The notes beneath the pieces were generated by a model. That model worked only from the letters and a program-made list of their open reading frames with translations, was not told the origin of the DNA and searched no databases. From assembly GCA_977030845.1 (NCBI GenBank), contig OZ365115.1:29636001-29700000 (forward strand): a DNA stretch of 64,000 nt, written 5' to 3'. This DNA comes from Fimbriosthenelais zetlandica (taxonomy: Eukaryota). Positions 1-13,968 of the stretch are shown one piece after another. Numbering within the stretch: position 1 is the stretch's first letter; every line of letters starts with the position of its first letter. A program made the position numbers and the translations under genes.

Positions 1-1137
1 AAGAAAATAAAATTATCACCTTTTGTAAGTTTCTATCCTTGACGAGAGTAGACCTAAAGAGTTGGCTCTCCAAGGGCTTCCTCCTATACACTACATGTGA
101 TCCAATTTGAAGTGTATTAGTTAAACAGGTAAAACCCAAACCAGGGGATTTTCTAACAAGACAGTCATGATGTAAAGTATAGTCCCCTTTGGGCTTTTTG
201 CCGGAATCTTCTTGTTCTTACCAAAGATGAATTTACCACTCCACAAGTCTCCAGGCCTGATCCATATTCAAGTGCATACCTGCATGGAGCCCATTATTAT
301 ATCCTAGAGAGGTATATACAGAGTGTGTCTCTCCATGCGGGGTATTTTGCTGTCATATATATGGGAGCAAACGACACGGACTATTATCATAGTAACTATA
401 CAGTATAAACTGTATAGGAAATAGAGCGTGCTTTCTTATGAGCAAAGACAAAAAATATTATATGAGATGATTATAATGTCCTCGTCTGCCTCCAAGCACC
501 TTCATGGTAATGTACAACCGTGGGCATCCCTCATATGATCCCAACCTGTTGTTCTGGTTGACCTACATCAATGATCAATCTTTATACATGCAACACCAGT
601 TAGAAGTTCATTATTGAGTTCACATACAAATAGGACAACCTGACCCATAGTTCTGGCCTATTATTTGGCGAATGTTACCACATTAGGATGTTTAAGCATT
701 GCTCCCAAGTAAACATCTTCTCCGTATGAGTTGAAAGCAGTTCCTATATTGCACATAAATGTGTTTTAATAGAATATTGATAAAGAAGATTTAAGATGAA
801 GTCAAATACAATTGGATCCGATACCGAATACTCAACGCTGCAATACGGTATGCAGTTAGTATGGCCTCTAGCTGTTGGCAAAGCATGCCATTTAGTTAGT
901 GCCACCTGTTCTAATACCTTAGCTTGGCACACATTGAATGAATAGACAGTTTGTAAACTTATAAGAGTCTTAACAAACAGAATGGAGATTTATGGTTCTA
1001 CTGGTATGTCAATCTTCATGAATTTCACATATTCAGTTGGAACTCATTGAAGTTTTTATATATGTGGAAAATGGTGTTAGAAAAAAAGCAAAATAATAAA
1101 CTGTATGTTACAAAACAGATTTAATTACTTTTCTTCA

Positions 1138-1177
1138 AAAGTACTTTAGTAATTTTGAAAGTACTTTAGTAATTTTG
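1138..1177. repeat. 20-bp tandem duplication (AAAGTACTTTAGTAATTTTG x2)
   Basis: Two adjacent exact copies, read directly, probably in the intron before the SLC1 exon at 1294. Confidence 0.85.
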
Positions 1178-1293
1178 TTTATAGTTAATGCACTTTGAAA
1201 TCATAATGAAATATAGGCTATTTCACTTCACAATAGTGAACATTCCAATTATCAACGAGGGATATTTCCAGATAAGTATTTTTGATATTGCAG

Positions 1294-1778
1294 AGCCTTG
1301 GCCATCTTACTATCTATTGGTTCTCCAGTAGCAGCAAGTAAAACATTGACGTTGAGTATACTTCTGGAGACAATGGGACTTCCCACGGATGATATCATCC
1401 TATTACTTCCCTTTGACTGGATCCTGTAAGTACCTCGACAAACAATATTTTTCCTGTCTGTATAGGTTTAGCTTACATATCATTTGAGGTATGAATAATT
1501 GAATACTCGACATTTTTTCCAGGGGACGATTAAGAACCGCTGTCAATATTTGGGGTGATAGCATAGCTGTGGCTGTCATCGCTCACTTCTCAGAGGATCA
1601 ACTTCTACTCGACACGTCAGATGTCTCTGACGTCTCCAGCGTTTCTGATGACGTCTCTATTGGCATGGTGATGAATGGTTCATACAGACCATGCGACAGC
1701 ACGCCCTCTAGGCGCAAATCATATACACTAACAGTCCAAAATGAAAGTGGAGATGTGGTGAAAGTCTCCAAAGTATAA
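1294..1778 (+). CDS. SLC1A-like: SLC1/EAAT-family (dicarboxylate/amino acid:cation symporter) transporter, last two coding exons (5'-partial)
   Basis: Exons 1294-1425 and 1523-1778 are joined by a GT-AG intron in phase 2. Translation: ALAILLSIGSPVAASKTLTLSILLETMGLPTDDIILLLPFDWIL/GRLRTAVNIWGDSIAVAVIAHFSEDQ...VVKVSKV*. This matches the EAAT HP2-TM8 signature (GLPTDDI..DW.L.RLRT..N..GD). The C-terminal SKV is a class I PDZ-type motif. Upstream exons, including NMDGT, were not located in 1-1293. Confidence 0.88.
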
Positions 1779-3019
1779 ATATATTTAGGGAAAAGATTCA
1801 AGGCATTGTTGTACAATGACCTGATTAAATATCTTATAGTTTTCAATGGTCTAGAAGCATCGAGATGTTGACAATTTGTCTCTTTCTGTCGAATTTGAGT
1901 CACTTTATTTTACATACCATCAAGATTGCATTTTTCCTTTTACAAGAATAATTTTGGCATATGTGTCTTACATGCATTTATACACCTTTTATTACCCAGA
2001 AATGTAGCTAAGGTTTAGAGGACTTTTCATCCAATATTCTAATTCATCGCTGTAAATATGGGACCAATCCAGCAAGTAACGAAGTTACAACATACTATTG
2101 TATAATATTCACATCTTTTATGTTTAGATAGGCCTATACAATATACATGTAATAATCACAATCGAAACGTTTATTTCATGAGGAAAAGGTTATGTATGTT
2201 GCCCGGGGTATATTGGCAAAGATACATAACCGTAGAGAATAACAACAAGAGAGAGGCTGGTGAATTTTATTTCCTTTATTGGGTACATTTCTGCATCACT
2301 TTATATATGCATGTTTGATTTTGGATATTGTCTGTTTGATGTATTTGATTGATCTGTAGAGGAACAATTTACCATTACATTACGAAGTGAGTTTCCTTTG
2401 AGAGCGAGTAGATACACGACAGAGGTAGGCTATTCATATTATAATTACAGCAATATAAATCCATGTATTGTACAAAGCGGCATAATATATATTGAATCAG
2501 ATTATTGTCAATGACGTAACCCTCTGGTAAAAAGTGATTTTTGTTGTTGATGCCCTGTACCTATTTATCCCACCAGGTATAAATTAGTGTATATTTTTAT
2601 ATACTTCGATTTTACATGTGTATGATACATATCACATATCACAATTCATTTAACACAAGGTATAAACACATTAAACCTATAAAATGAAGGGACTTTTCGT
2701 CATAACGAATATAGCATTCATTGCCAAGCCCATTATTGTAGGCTGAAATTATTTGTTCATGCGGCCATGTTAAACATACCTGTATAGTTTGAATGAACGC
2801 CTCTATTTTGACTAAAATAAATATTATGGATAAAAAAATCAGTTTTTAAAATTCAGCAGTTCATTTTTGTTCTCTTCAATAATATCAGATTCAAGCATCA
2901 GTCAATCTTATGTATAAAAGTACAATAATCAAATGCCTGCATATTATTCACTTAAATCCATTCATAAATATACAACAGATATACACAGTATAAAAATAAA
3001 TCCCTAGTTTGATGAAAGA

Positions 3020-6000
3020 CTATTTTTTGAAGGTAGAATGTGTATAGATTTTGTCATAAGTTTTTTGCGTGGACGGGCCTCCTTCTTCTGCCTCCGCACC
3101 TTCAGTAATATTGCTGTTCAGCATGACAGGTCCCATGCTCATTCTGGCCTTTTTAGGATCCAAAGGATGAAGGGGGAAATCTTTATTTTTATCTCTCCTC
3201 ATAATACTGTTATGATTAAAAGCGCTCATCTCAGGAACAGTAGGAGAACCGTCGTTATTGTTCAATGTCTCATTACTCGAGTCTAGGTTATCTAGCCCAT
3301 CCTGGAAATAGTTACGGAATGCAGGTTTGGTTGTGGGGTCAAAAGGCATCACACCATCATCCAAGGTCACGCTGGGGTTCTCTTGTGACGTCATCATTTT
3401 GGGTGGTGACGCGCGCATGCCCGCAGACGCTCGTGGCGTGGTTCCGTTCTGTTTGGTTGGTGGACTGTCTGGACGGCGTGGGTGGTAAGCGTAATCCATG
3501 ATGTCATCGTCCCCCACATAACGCATCTTACGGGCCCTGAAATGGGAAGAAAGAGAAGTTTGAGTATACATAAGATCTCTTACAATTTGGACACAGACCA
3601 TTAAATAATAATTTTATGGTTTGAACAGGAAATAGGCCTAAGTCTAACATGCAAACTCAATAGCAGGGTAGGAAATCCCAAGCAGCTGATAGACAGTCCA
3701 AAAGTGGAAGGCTTTGGCATGATCTCTATATCTTTCTGGGAGACAATTTCTTACAATTCAAATGTCATGGCCATGGTATATATAAGCATGCATCTTTTCA
3801 TATTTGACTGTTTAGAATCGGTAGGCCTATCACAAATATTTGAGGTCTGGCCAGGAGAGTCTGAGATATAGAGCTAAAACACATCCTGACCAGACCACAT
3901 CAAGCTGGGGTACAGTTTTACTCCGTGGGTATACAGTACTATGACCTGGTCGTCGATGTAGTAGACCGTTTGTCAACGACAGATTGGGCTGAGATTTTTT
4001 ATGCCAGTTAGTCAGGATCACATGTCTCTGATGTAGGAATTTCGACCAAATGACTAATTCACCAGTTATATATCACTGTACAACATCTGAGATATGTGAG
4101 ACACAGAATCTAGCAAGGTCCTACATACATATATCCCTGATAATATACCCCTCATTATTCCTCCCATTGACGCTTGATCCAGAGCAAGATATAAGCCTAC
4201 GTCTGAAGATATATTGATGCCCTTCAATCTAACGCTACATTCTAGCCATGGGCCATGGGAAAGAAGTTAGCAATGTTGTCAGGGTCCAAATCCGAGACTA
4301 ATTACCTTACACTTTAAAATATATACTTTAAAGTGTATGCATACATTTATGAATAAACAGCTAGCTAGGTCATATTTGTCTTATTTGTCCATAAACATCG
4401 AGGCTGAATTTTCTCACCTTTCTTTCTTCTAGGCCATACTTTATCAGAGACAAAATAGACTAGACAAATAAAATGTTAGTTAAGATGGAATGTTTAGACA
4501 TGGTACAAAAACTGGTATTTAAGATTTCAAAAAACTATTCTAAGGAAATATAAGAACTTACTTTTCCCCTCGTTTCTTTTTTATGCAGCAAGCAATGAAT
4601 ATGATGATTATCACCAACAATATTCCTGCAATACTCGCCAACACAATAATCCAAAGCTCAGCCCCAGGTCCTGAAGGCGTATATGGGGTTGTCGCTGACG
4701 ACGTCAAGTTGTCATCACCTTCAGTGTACCCGAGAGTGAAATCTGACGTTGTGGCGTCAGTATCGTGGAACGTAGTCGTTCTGGGGATGGCTCCACTTCC
4801 GGTTGTATCATTAGAAGGTGGAAGTCCTGTTGTTGTACTAAATTCGACTTGGTCTTGGATTGATGTCGTGATATTTACATCAGATATTGAACTTGTTATG
4901 TTTAATTCAGGTGTAGTTGGAGGAGTACTGGTGAACACAGAAGTTGTTTCTGTAACGTTTGCTTTTTCAAAAGTTGTCTCCTGTAGAATTGTAGTCATTT
5001 CCGTTGAGGTCATCGTAGAGTCATTGACGTTCATACCTGCAATAATATGTGTAATAATATGTTTAATTCGAATTTCAAATTCAGTTGAACTACAAATGTC
5101 AATGATTAAGCTGATACCAAATATACCTTTACGTAGATTGTAGTATTTATGCATACCTGTTGTTGCTTCTAATGAACTGAAGGTGGTAGTTGCCATTGTT
5201 GCATTCACAAAAATCCCAGGGGATGTCACTCCTATACTTAATGTCGAATTTAAATCTGATGAAGTATTGCTTTCTGCAGTCAAAATGTCTCCTACAACTG
5301 TAACATTGTCTGGTACGTACATAACATCCTCAGTAACAGTTAGTGAAGGATCTCCTCCAGGTTTTGTGACGTTTGCACCAGAGGTAACAATTGATTCAGT
5401 AGTTCGAGTTACATTAACGTAACTTGGGTCAGTAAGTAAAGGACCTGACGTTGAAATTGGAACGGTTAAAGATTCTGTTTTCAAGTCTCCTGACTGTGGA
5501 ATGGTTGCTGTAATAGATGTTGTGGCATTTTTATCTGATTCAGATAATCCACTAGTACTATTGTCTAATATTTTCCTATCTATATCACCTGAACCATGAT
5601 CTTCTGTATTATAAGTAGATGCAGTCACTGGAGTAGATTGCAAGGCCTCATCTCCTGAGGAGAAGGTTGCCCGTAGATGAGCTGTAGCTTCAGTAATTGA
5701 TCCAGTAGTTACTTTAGTACTAGTCCTATTTTCTGAAGTACCTTGGACGTAAAGATCGGAATCTACTTCTCCACTGTACTCCTCTATGTCCAGTGGATTT
5801 GATGTGGTATAGATGGTCTGTTGGGGTGATGGTTGTTTGGAAGGACTTTGCACATTGTTAGGGTTAGTAGGGATAGTAGCCGGAGGATCTGGGAGGGCTG
5901 GGACGTCCTCGTATACAGTGACTTGACAGAAGACAAGGGTGGTGAAATGGATTTGGTATACAATCCAAAGTTGTAGTGGTAACCACCGAAACCCTAAAAA

Positions 6001-6253
6001 CAGAAATAGTAGTACAATTAGGGCAATACATCAGGAATTAAATCTGCAATCGATATATTTAAATTTAAACATGATAATGCTCCTTTTTATACAAAGATTA
6101 AGGCAAGAGAACCTCATATTATCTTCTTATCACAAACAAGCATATTGACACATTGGAGACAAACACAGATACATATCACTGAGATGTTTGTTTGCCTGAT
6201 AGAAATAAGCTAAGGAGTCTGGTTTGACTTAACACACACTGACACCCACCCAT
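3020..6253 (-). CDS. Mucin-like Ser/Thr-rich single-pass (type I) membrane protein, about 610 aa (650 aa if the 120-nt intron is retained)
   Basis: Exons 6253-6250, 5993-5157, 5036-4562 and 3536-3020, all GT-AG with compatible phases. The N-terminus MGFRWLPLQLWIVYQIHFTTLVFC is signal-peptide-like. It is followed by a T/S-rich ectodomain with many NxT/S sequons, a TM segment LWIIVLASIAGILLVIIIIFIACC, a KKKR stop-transfer and a Tyr-containing tail. An acceptor at 6297 implies further non-coding upstream exons. No family was recognised. Confidence 0.75.
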
Positions 6254-8620
6254 GATAAATGGGCGTAGAGTACACCCTGAAGAAGAACAAAAACCACTGG
6301 AAAAGAAATAAAATAGGGGAAAGGGGGGAATTAGAAAGAATATACAAGATGGTGGATTGTGAACTTTACCATTGGATGTAGCAGCACGAATGACAAAACC
6401 CGAGAACATGTAAGTAAAGGCTGACATGGTGTCCTCTCTGAAGAGCAAAGCTAGTTCTATCTTGTAAGTAAGACAAGCCACAATAAACTGAGTTCAGGAG
6501 AAGCGCACCTGGCCATATAGACTTGCAATCAACCAGACATCTCCAGTTGTTAACGATTTCTCACAGGCTAGATCCTGCATGTCATTGTCTGGCACACACA
6601 TCGTCTGATAGTAGATGATAATATTGAAATGGCAATTATAAATTTAATCCCAATAATTTAACTCCAATAATCAACAATAATTTATTAGACATGTACATTA
6701 GATGTACTTAAATTTACTTGGCCTGTATTCAATTAGAATACCACATTTAAACTGCTATAATTATATCAAGCAGTTGGTTGTGTTATCTCTTGTAATATAT
6801 TTTTATGTGAGTCCAGCTAGTTATGAATCCACAAATCTTTGTGTCATTTCGAATTTAGTTGGAGTTCAATATTAATGTTTTCATTTGGTTCACTCCTCTA
6901 CTTTGACAGACTGTCCCCCTCATATGATTTATTAGTGTAAAATTCTCAGTGTAAACTCGACCCCAAATGTCACTGAATGGACTTAATAGGACACTAAGAG
7001 GAAGGTGTAAGGAAGGTAATATTTTATCAGTTTTCATTGGCGTGGGACTCAATATACAGGGTGTAGTCAGTCTGACATAACAAAGTAAATTGAGCAGCTC
7101 ACTACTGTGGAGACCCGGCCTCACCAGGTGCTCGCTAAGTAGGTCAGCAAGGTCCTCCACGTGAGCAACTCATTCTGACACTTCCCCTGCCACAACATAT
7201 ATACAGAAGCAAGCCTGGCACTGGTGCATGATCTCTAGTAGGGAGGACCCTTAACCCCAAATCACCCCCTCACATATCCACTTGTCTGTACTCAAATACC
7301 TCCATGAAGTTCGATTCAATAAGAAACCTTCAATACTACCAACCACTCCAGTTCTATAACTAATACCATAATGATTTCTCCATGCAAATGATAAGAATTT
7401 CCTGTTACATGCCTCCTCCCCCTTGCACCCACCACCTACACAGATACTAAAACACCCATCTCTTTCTGCTGGCCACCCGTTTCCTCAGCTGGCACTCTTT
7501 GAGGAACTCACAAAAAAATGATGGGATGGGGAAGCAACAGCTGTCAGGTTTTAACAGGCATAAGGTGTACTTCATTTGTATGCATGTCACTGTTTCTGTA
7601 AATATCAATATGCAACGAAGGCCAGAAACTTTGCTCACTGGATTTAACAGGACTGAGATCAGGACCACAAGCCCATCATTTATAAGATTCTTTTGAAGTT
7701 ATTAAATATTGATGCATGACAGGGACAATATTAGATTTCAAAGTTATATCTACAATTTTTGTTCAAATTGAAGAGTGATTCTTTCACAAATAGGTAATAA
7801 ATCCCTCCGAGTTATCAGAAAGGAGGCAATGGGTATACATGTATACATGTAACAGTACAGGCCTATTTTACTACCAATAATTTTGGCTAGTGTGTAAAAA
7901 TTGCCATGGGCTTTCCACGTGTCCCTCCTCATAATGTAAAACCCACAACAACCCCATGCCTTCCAAGCTACACACATTTTACATTGACTTGCGAAGGTCT
8001 ACAGTTGGTAGTGTTGAATATTAATATTTTCATGCACTGTAAAGTAAGCAGTTGAAAAGGAAATGCTTGAAAACTATAGGCTATATTGCCAGGCATCAAA
8101 TGTGCTGAACTGTATTGGCTTTTCCATCATTTTAGCATTGTTTTCTGGTAATGAATTAAACATTTCCCTATGAAATAGAAGCAGAATACTCAGGAAGTGG
8201 ATTCATGGATCCCTCACCTGCGGCTATATCGCCACAAAAAATGTTCTGAGGTATGATTAGGATTGACAGCAACAATGGGCCTCCTGCACTGGAGCACCAT
8301 CTATCACGTCTCATCAGTTTAGGTGTCGTTTTTATGGTTGTCACACCTCATTTATCCCACATTGGAGTGGTAACAATTAGGGGAGGATCAAAGGGGTCGT
8401 ACTTGTTCCATAACACAGGGACTCTTATCTAAAGTAATAACACATTGACAGCAACAATGTTGATGGACCTGGGCAGTGACTCACTCACCAAAAGCCCTCA
8501 TAGACTCATCCTCATAATACTATACCCCTTAATGTACGTCATGTATCTGTGAATACTAATAATATGCCTATCATTAGCTAATCAGTTACCTAATCCAGTG
8601 AGAACTTATTCAAAGTAAAG

Positions 8621-8662
8621 ATGTTGGAGTCCAAATGTTGGAGTCCAAATGTTAAGAGTCCA
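8621..8662. repeat. 14-bp tandem repeat, about 3 copies (ATGTTGGAGTCCAA)
   Basis: Two exact copies and one degenerate copy, read directly. Confidence 0.75.
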
Positions 8663-11600
8663 TCAACAGGAAGTAAATTATTCCGAGGACAATTCAGAGT
8701 GCCTTTTTTGTATTCATGAGTGAAAGGAACTTCATCCAAGGGCAATGAATGACCTAACAGTATGTTTCCTTTGTTCAAGCCTCGTCCAGGAACTCTTGAA
8801 TACCTGCTAATATATATGTATGAGATCATCTGGGGTAATGGATCACAGGTATACATGTATACGCTACCTATGGTGACATGAGCAGAGCTAAAGCAGTACC
8901 ATCATTTGTGATCCAAGTTATTACTTTCGTGTGTAATCCTCATGAAGTTTTGATCAGAATGCCTCCCTGTAACCTCTCAAAACCATCAAAGTGTAACTGA
9001 CCCAAATGGTAAGCCTCGATTAGGACTCACCTTATATTAGTGTCGTGACAAAAAAAAAGTTTTTTCAGGTAAATTGACTTCAGCTTTAATCCTTTGGCTT
9101 CCTTTGTTCAGTATCTGGGTAGATATCTGGTAGATATATTTATATGGAATACATGTAGGCTTAAAATCCTAGTGATAATCCTATTTAATCAGAGACCTAT
9201 TGTTGGTCAGAGGATCCAGGTGAAATGAAGATAGAGGACGGTGACTGTACTATAGGTAGGAGGGAGCAGGGCTTTAGGATATACAGCACTAGTGTATACG
9301 AGATAAGTATAGAGCCGTGCCAATAATCCAGGTATGTAAAAGAAAGGGGGGTGGATCTAGAAGAATCATGACAAGGGATCAGACTGGTAAAAGATCGTTA
9401 GAACAGTAGAAATCATTTTGTTTTTTTCAGAGCTGAAGGGGGGCAGGATGCCATAGACAACTTTGTATCTTTTGAAGATGGAAAAGGTGGAAAACTATAT
9501 TCAAAATTAAATAATTACCAAATACAAGTTGTACTTAGGGGAATTAATTCTTTGGATTAAGTTCATGCTCCCAGTTTGTCTCTCCATTGTTTTTCAATTA
9601 TTTTACTTGAGGCATTAAAGCCCTTTTCTCCCCCCTTTCCAAACAATTCATCTTTCCACTGATCCTCCACCATCTTCTCTTCTTGCTGGGTTATTCCCTC
9701 ATCGGTAGAGGATGACACAGTGATGTAAACATGTAAACACATACCTAGCAGGCACCTCTATAGGTGTGACACTGGTACCTCAACATAATGCAACCGAGAA
9801 CATAAGACAAGGGTGGAGTCTACATCATTGTATATACTGCAAAAATGCCCGAGTTTACATGCCAGAAGATAATATATACTGCCACCCACTATGACAGTGA
9901 AATTTATGGACTTTTGACAGAAGACAAGGGTGACAATAATAAAGGTGTCAGTAATATGGGGCTTATATCAAGTACTGTAGTCTTCATATTTATATTCCAA
10001 TTCACAAAGACTAACTTATTCTGAGGCTTATACCATCTCCCATCACTATGTTCTATTCAGAATTCCTCCAATGCATAGTCTCAGTGGTGGTCTTTGCATG
10101 ATGGGGCTTCAACTGAGAAGGGAGATGTTATTTATAAACATCCTTCTAACTTTGTTTTTATTGTACCTCATATTATAAATATTTTATCTGCATATTATAT
10201 TATACATCTGTGTGTCATATTAGAGTAAGACAGGCGATCACAACATCAATGGCTCTCGTTTTTGACTCATGTAACTCAGGTTGTCGATCATGTCAGTTGA
10301 GTACCGGATCCATGGACTTGTATAACATGTAATAAGTGGTGGCTAGTATATCTGATGACATGTCATGGCTCTTTGTGCTCTTTATGTTCCGGCTGTTGGA
10401 GGACAGTCAGCTTTCATGATTTACATCATAGATCCGACCACTCAGTCTTTATCTGTATGGTATCAGGCATCGGTATTCCTCTCCCTATACACACCAACTC
10501 TCACCCCTATCTGAGATAGGAATATATATGGTACTTGACATTCTGTTATAGTTTACACAAAGATTCGTGAGGCATTGTCCATGACCAAATATTGGCAAAA
10601 TTGTATAATTTCATGTTACATAGACAAATCCTATAAATAATGTTAAAGCACAATCCCTCATTCGATCCCTGATCAGACTTAGTAGGGCCGGCAGCCCACC
10701 TATATACCCATCCTGCCACCCTCCAACAGACTCACCCACCTTGAAACACAATACCCTGGGGCAGTTTCAGTCTAAGCAATTCAGATTTTTTAAACACTGC
10801 CCTGATATACTCTATGGAGCTGGGTATTTCTGTGAGTGATCTGGATTCGGTTTTCCCCCAGAAGAAGCTCAACAATTATATGCCTGGGGACATATGTATG
10901 GAAGGCACAATCGATGCATCTTTCATGGATATGTAGAGAGGAGACTTTGAAAAAAGTCCTTTATCTTGTATCCTTTTGATCACCATGGATCAAAGCCTGC
11001 TGAAATGGGCAATCAAGATTAAAAACTTTAAAGGTGAATAGCATCGGTTTTACAGACATTTAAATTGGTGGAGTCTTAATTTCGTTGGCATACAATTGTA
11101 AGCATTCACATGACTGGAGGCCAGTGGTTCTTTATACAAGTTGGCCTGTCAAATATGTGTAAGGACAGTCGTGAAACTAGAGAAAAATAGTGAATGAGAT
11201 AACAAATGCCTACCAGGTAGATGACACTGACTGACAACCTGTGAATGGCAAACCAGAGCCTGGCTAGGTCACATTCCATGCCTTCTCAGAGGAAGGGAAT
11301 TCAGGTCTCTTAAATTTTGACTTCACAAAAACGTATTCTGAGAAATAATGATGTTGAAATGAGGCATCGAGGAGGCGTAGAATATTAATGACAGTTTTTG
11401 TTACATGAGAAATTGGTTGACGAGTCACAATTTTCTAAATACTATATTTAGATGCCAAACTTGAAATTGGAACAGAGCCATTTCGAATTCTGTTACAAAT
11501 CATGTATATCATTATTCAATTATATAATGAACTAGATAAGTACAAAATGGATTTAGGAGGTGTTCTATGTACCGGTAGATAGAAAGGTTAAAAAATGTTT

Positions 11601-13968
11601 CAAATACTTTAGAAGGCAGTTCCCAAAGGTGATACCATCGGTGCATAAGGTATTACCTACCTACTGGCACCCCATTGGTCGCCAAGCTGGGGGTCTGGTC
11701 CTACTTCCCTGGTAACCTATGGATCTACTCGTTGAACCCTGATCTCTTCTGGGGAGTTAGTTCTAAAGGACTAAAGTTCTATCCTTAGATACCAAAAGAA
11801 GTCCATAGAATTAGACGTTTCTTATCTAATACAGTATATTATATCGACAATGCGGGTTTGTTATAAGTTATTGCCAGGCTAGGCCCATATTTTCCTAGGA
11901 TCCCAATTTTCAATATTTGTTGATTTTCCCATAATTGTATCCATTATTTGTTTGGATAATGGAATCTAATATAAGTCAGCCGAACTATGGCTATCAGAAG
12001 AAAATGCGAATTATAAATAATTAAATGTCCATTCTTAATTCATCTGAATGGTAAATGATCGTGGGAAGGGACCTTAATAATATTAAGCCACATTTGTGTG
12101 GGTAGATATGCAGTTTATTAGCAGAGTCACTCATTATCTATGGTAACTGCTAGAGTGCCAGACCTAGGGGCTATTTGCACATCTGGGCCACGAACACATT
12201 TTATCGTAAGTTTCCTTCATAATCTGCCATTGGCTTTTCCATTGGTTAAAATGAAACCATTGGTTCTATGTCACTGTGTACTTCCTGAATAAAGATGTAA
12301 ATTTACATTGCCAAAGCACTTGTTACATTGTACACATATATCTCAGTACTTTATCAACACAACATCCTGTCCTCTTTCCCCTCTTCTGACCTCAGTCTAT
12401 ATTTCAACCGACTTACAAAAGAATGTACACCGTTTACACAATCCTTTTAAACCGAACAACATTTACGCACATTGAAGTTTGGTTATGTCAGGCCATTTCA
12501 TTCCCCCCGCCCCTTTATAATTCTACTTAAATGAATTAATTCAATATGAAAGTTGAGTGCATTGAAATGTTTGAAAACTCCTAAGTGCATGTACATGATT
12601 TACATCAGATGGTAAACTATTTTAGAACAGTCTTATTAAGCACCTTATGAGCAAAATGTGACCTAGCCTAATAGGGGGTCAATATATATGGAGATCTTAA
12701 TACATTAATTGTGAAACCACTATTACGTCAAACATGGACAAAAGAGCAGGTTTAGTTCCCTGTTTCGATCTGGGACACCAGGATCGAAACCTTCCGGGGT
12801 TGCTATATATATTTATTTCCTTATTCAATTCCGTGTCACGACGTATATTAAATGCATACCAGTTATATATGTGTGAATGTGTGATTGGGGCAATCGTTTT
12901 AATAAATAGGGCATGGACCCGCATAGATCCCCTTACCCCTACATAAAACACGTAGGCCTACCTAGGAAATTAAGAATAATGTATCTCTTATACATGACAG
13001 ACCAGAATTATGTACCTCTCTCACGTATTGCCCATCATCATGCCAACGACCACCAGTCTCCAGGCACAAATATGAGTCTTTGTTTCTAGAATACTTGAGA
13101 GATCATCTACCACCAAACTTTCATTTTATACCTGGAAATATTAAACATACCCTATGGAAACAACAAGAGTGAGCCAAAGTCAATCATTGTTTCTAGTATC
13201 AGGACCATTGTCTCTTGCACAGTTATTATCTGCACTAAACCCACTTATCATTTCTTGATGCAATGCTCTTATTTCGCTGGCCTTATTTGGCATTTTCCCA
13301 GGCTATCATAAGACAATATTGTATCCTCCCCAGGACAGACATATTCGTCATAATCATGGTCATGTCAGAGGTCAGAAACTGTGAAACGACAGCAAAAATG
13401 GAGGGTCCAATGACCTGATATGTGACTCAAATATTCCTAGGAGTATCTAAGGTGGATACCAATCCATGTGGGGATACTTCATAGCGGGCACTTAATTAAA
13501 GGAACCCTGTGCTTTTAAAGCAGCTCATGCACTTACTCATAGCCCTTCAAAACCATTATAGCTCATCCATTGCGACGTTCATATCCGGTTGGGGCTTACA
13601 GTTTGTGCAGAGCGACCAACATGATTGTGATGTTATGTCTTGGGCAGATAAATTTATGTGGGGTCAATGTCATTACTGCAAACAATGCATTGTCATTTAT
13701 ACTAATACTGTGCATAAACACACATATATATGTAATATATTCTTAACATGAATGAATACAGATCTCCAGGAAGCCCACTCGTATATATATTATGACGTTA
13801 GATTATGGGTATGATATCCATCAACCTATTATGATCATTTTTTGTACGGAACATGTAAATCTATCCTATAATCTTCTCACCCAACTTACTTAAATTGGGC
13901 TGGGAGAAACATGCAAATTACTTAAGGCTATAATGGGAGGGGAGTTTTTAGGTTGCTACTGTGGGGCA

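Noticed and set aside
4418-4459. 42-nt exon-like segment in the mucin last intron (ctag|...AAAG|gtgaga)
   Set aside because: In the required phase 2 it hits a stop after 5 codons, and the direct 4562-to-3536 splice already gives a clean frame. It cannot be supported without RNA data.
4583-5422. Plus-strand ORFs of 186 aa and 79 aa rich in Val/Ser
   Set aside because: They are antisense shadows of the Thr/Ser-rich mucin codons and have no independent features.
12762-12790. 9-bp-stem hairpin containing a B-box-like GGTTTCGATCC on the minus strand (tRNA or SINE?)
   Set aside because: No convincing A-box or cloverleaf, and a single instance.
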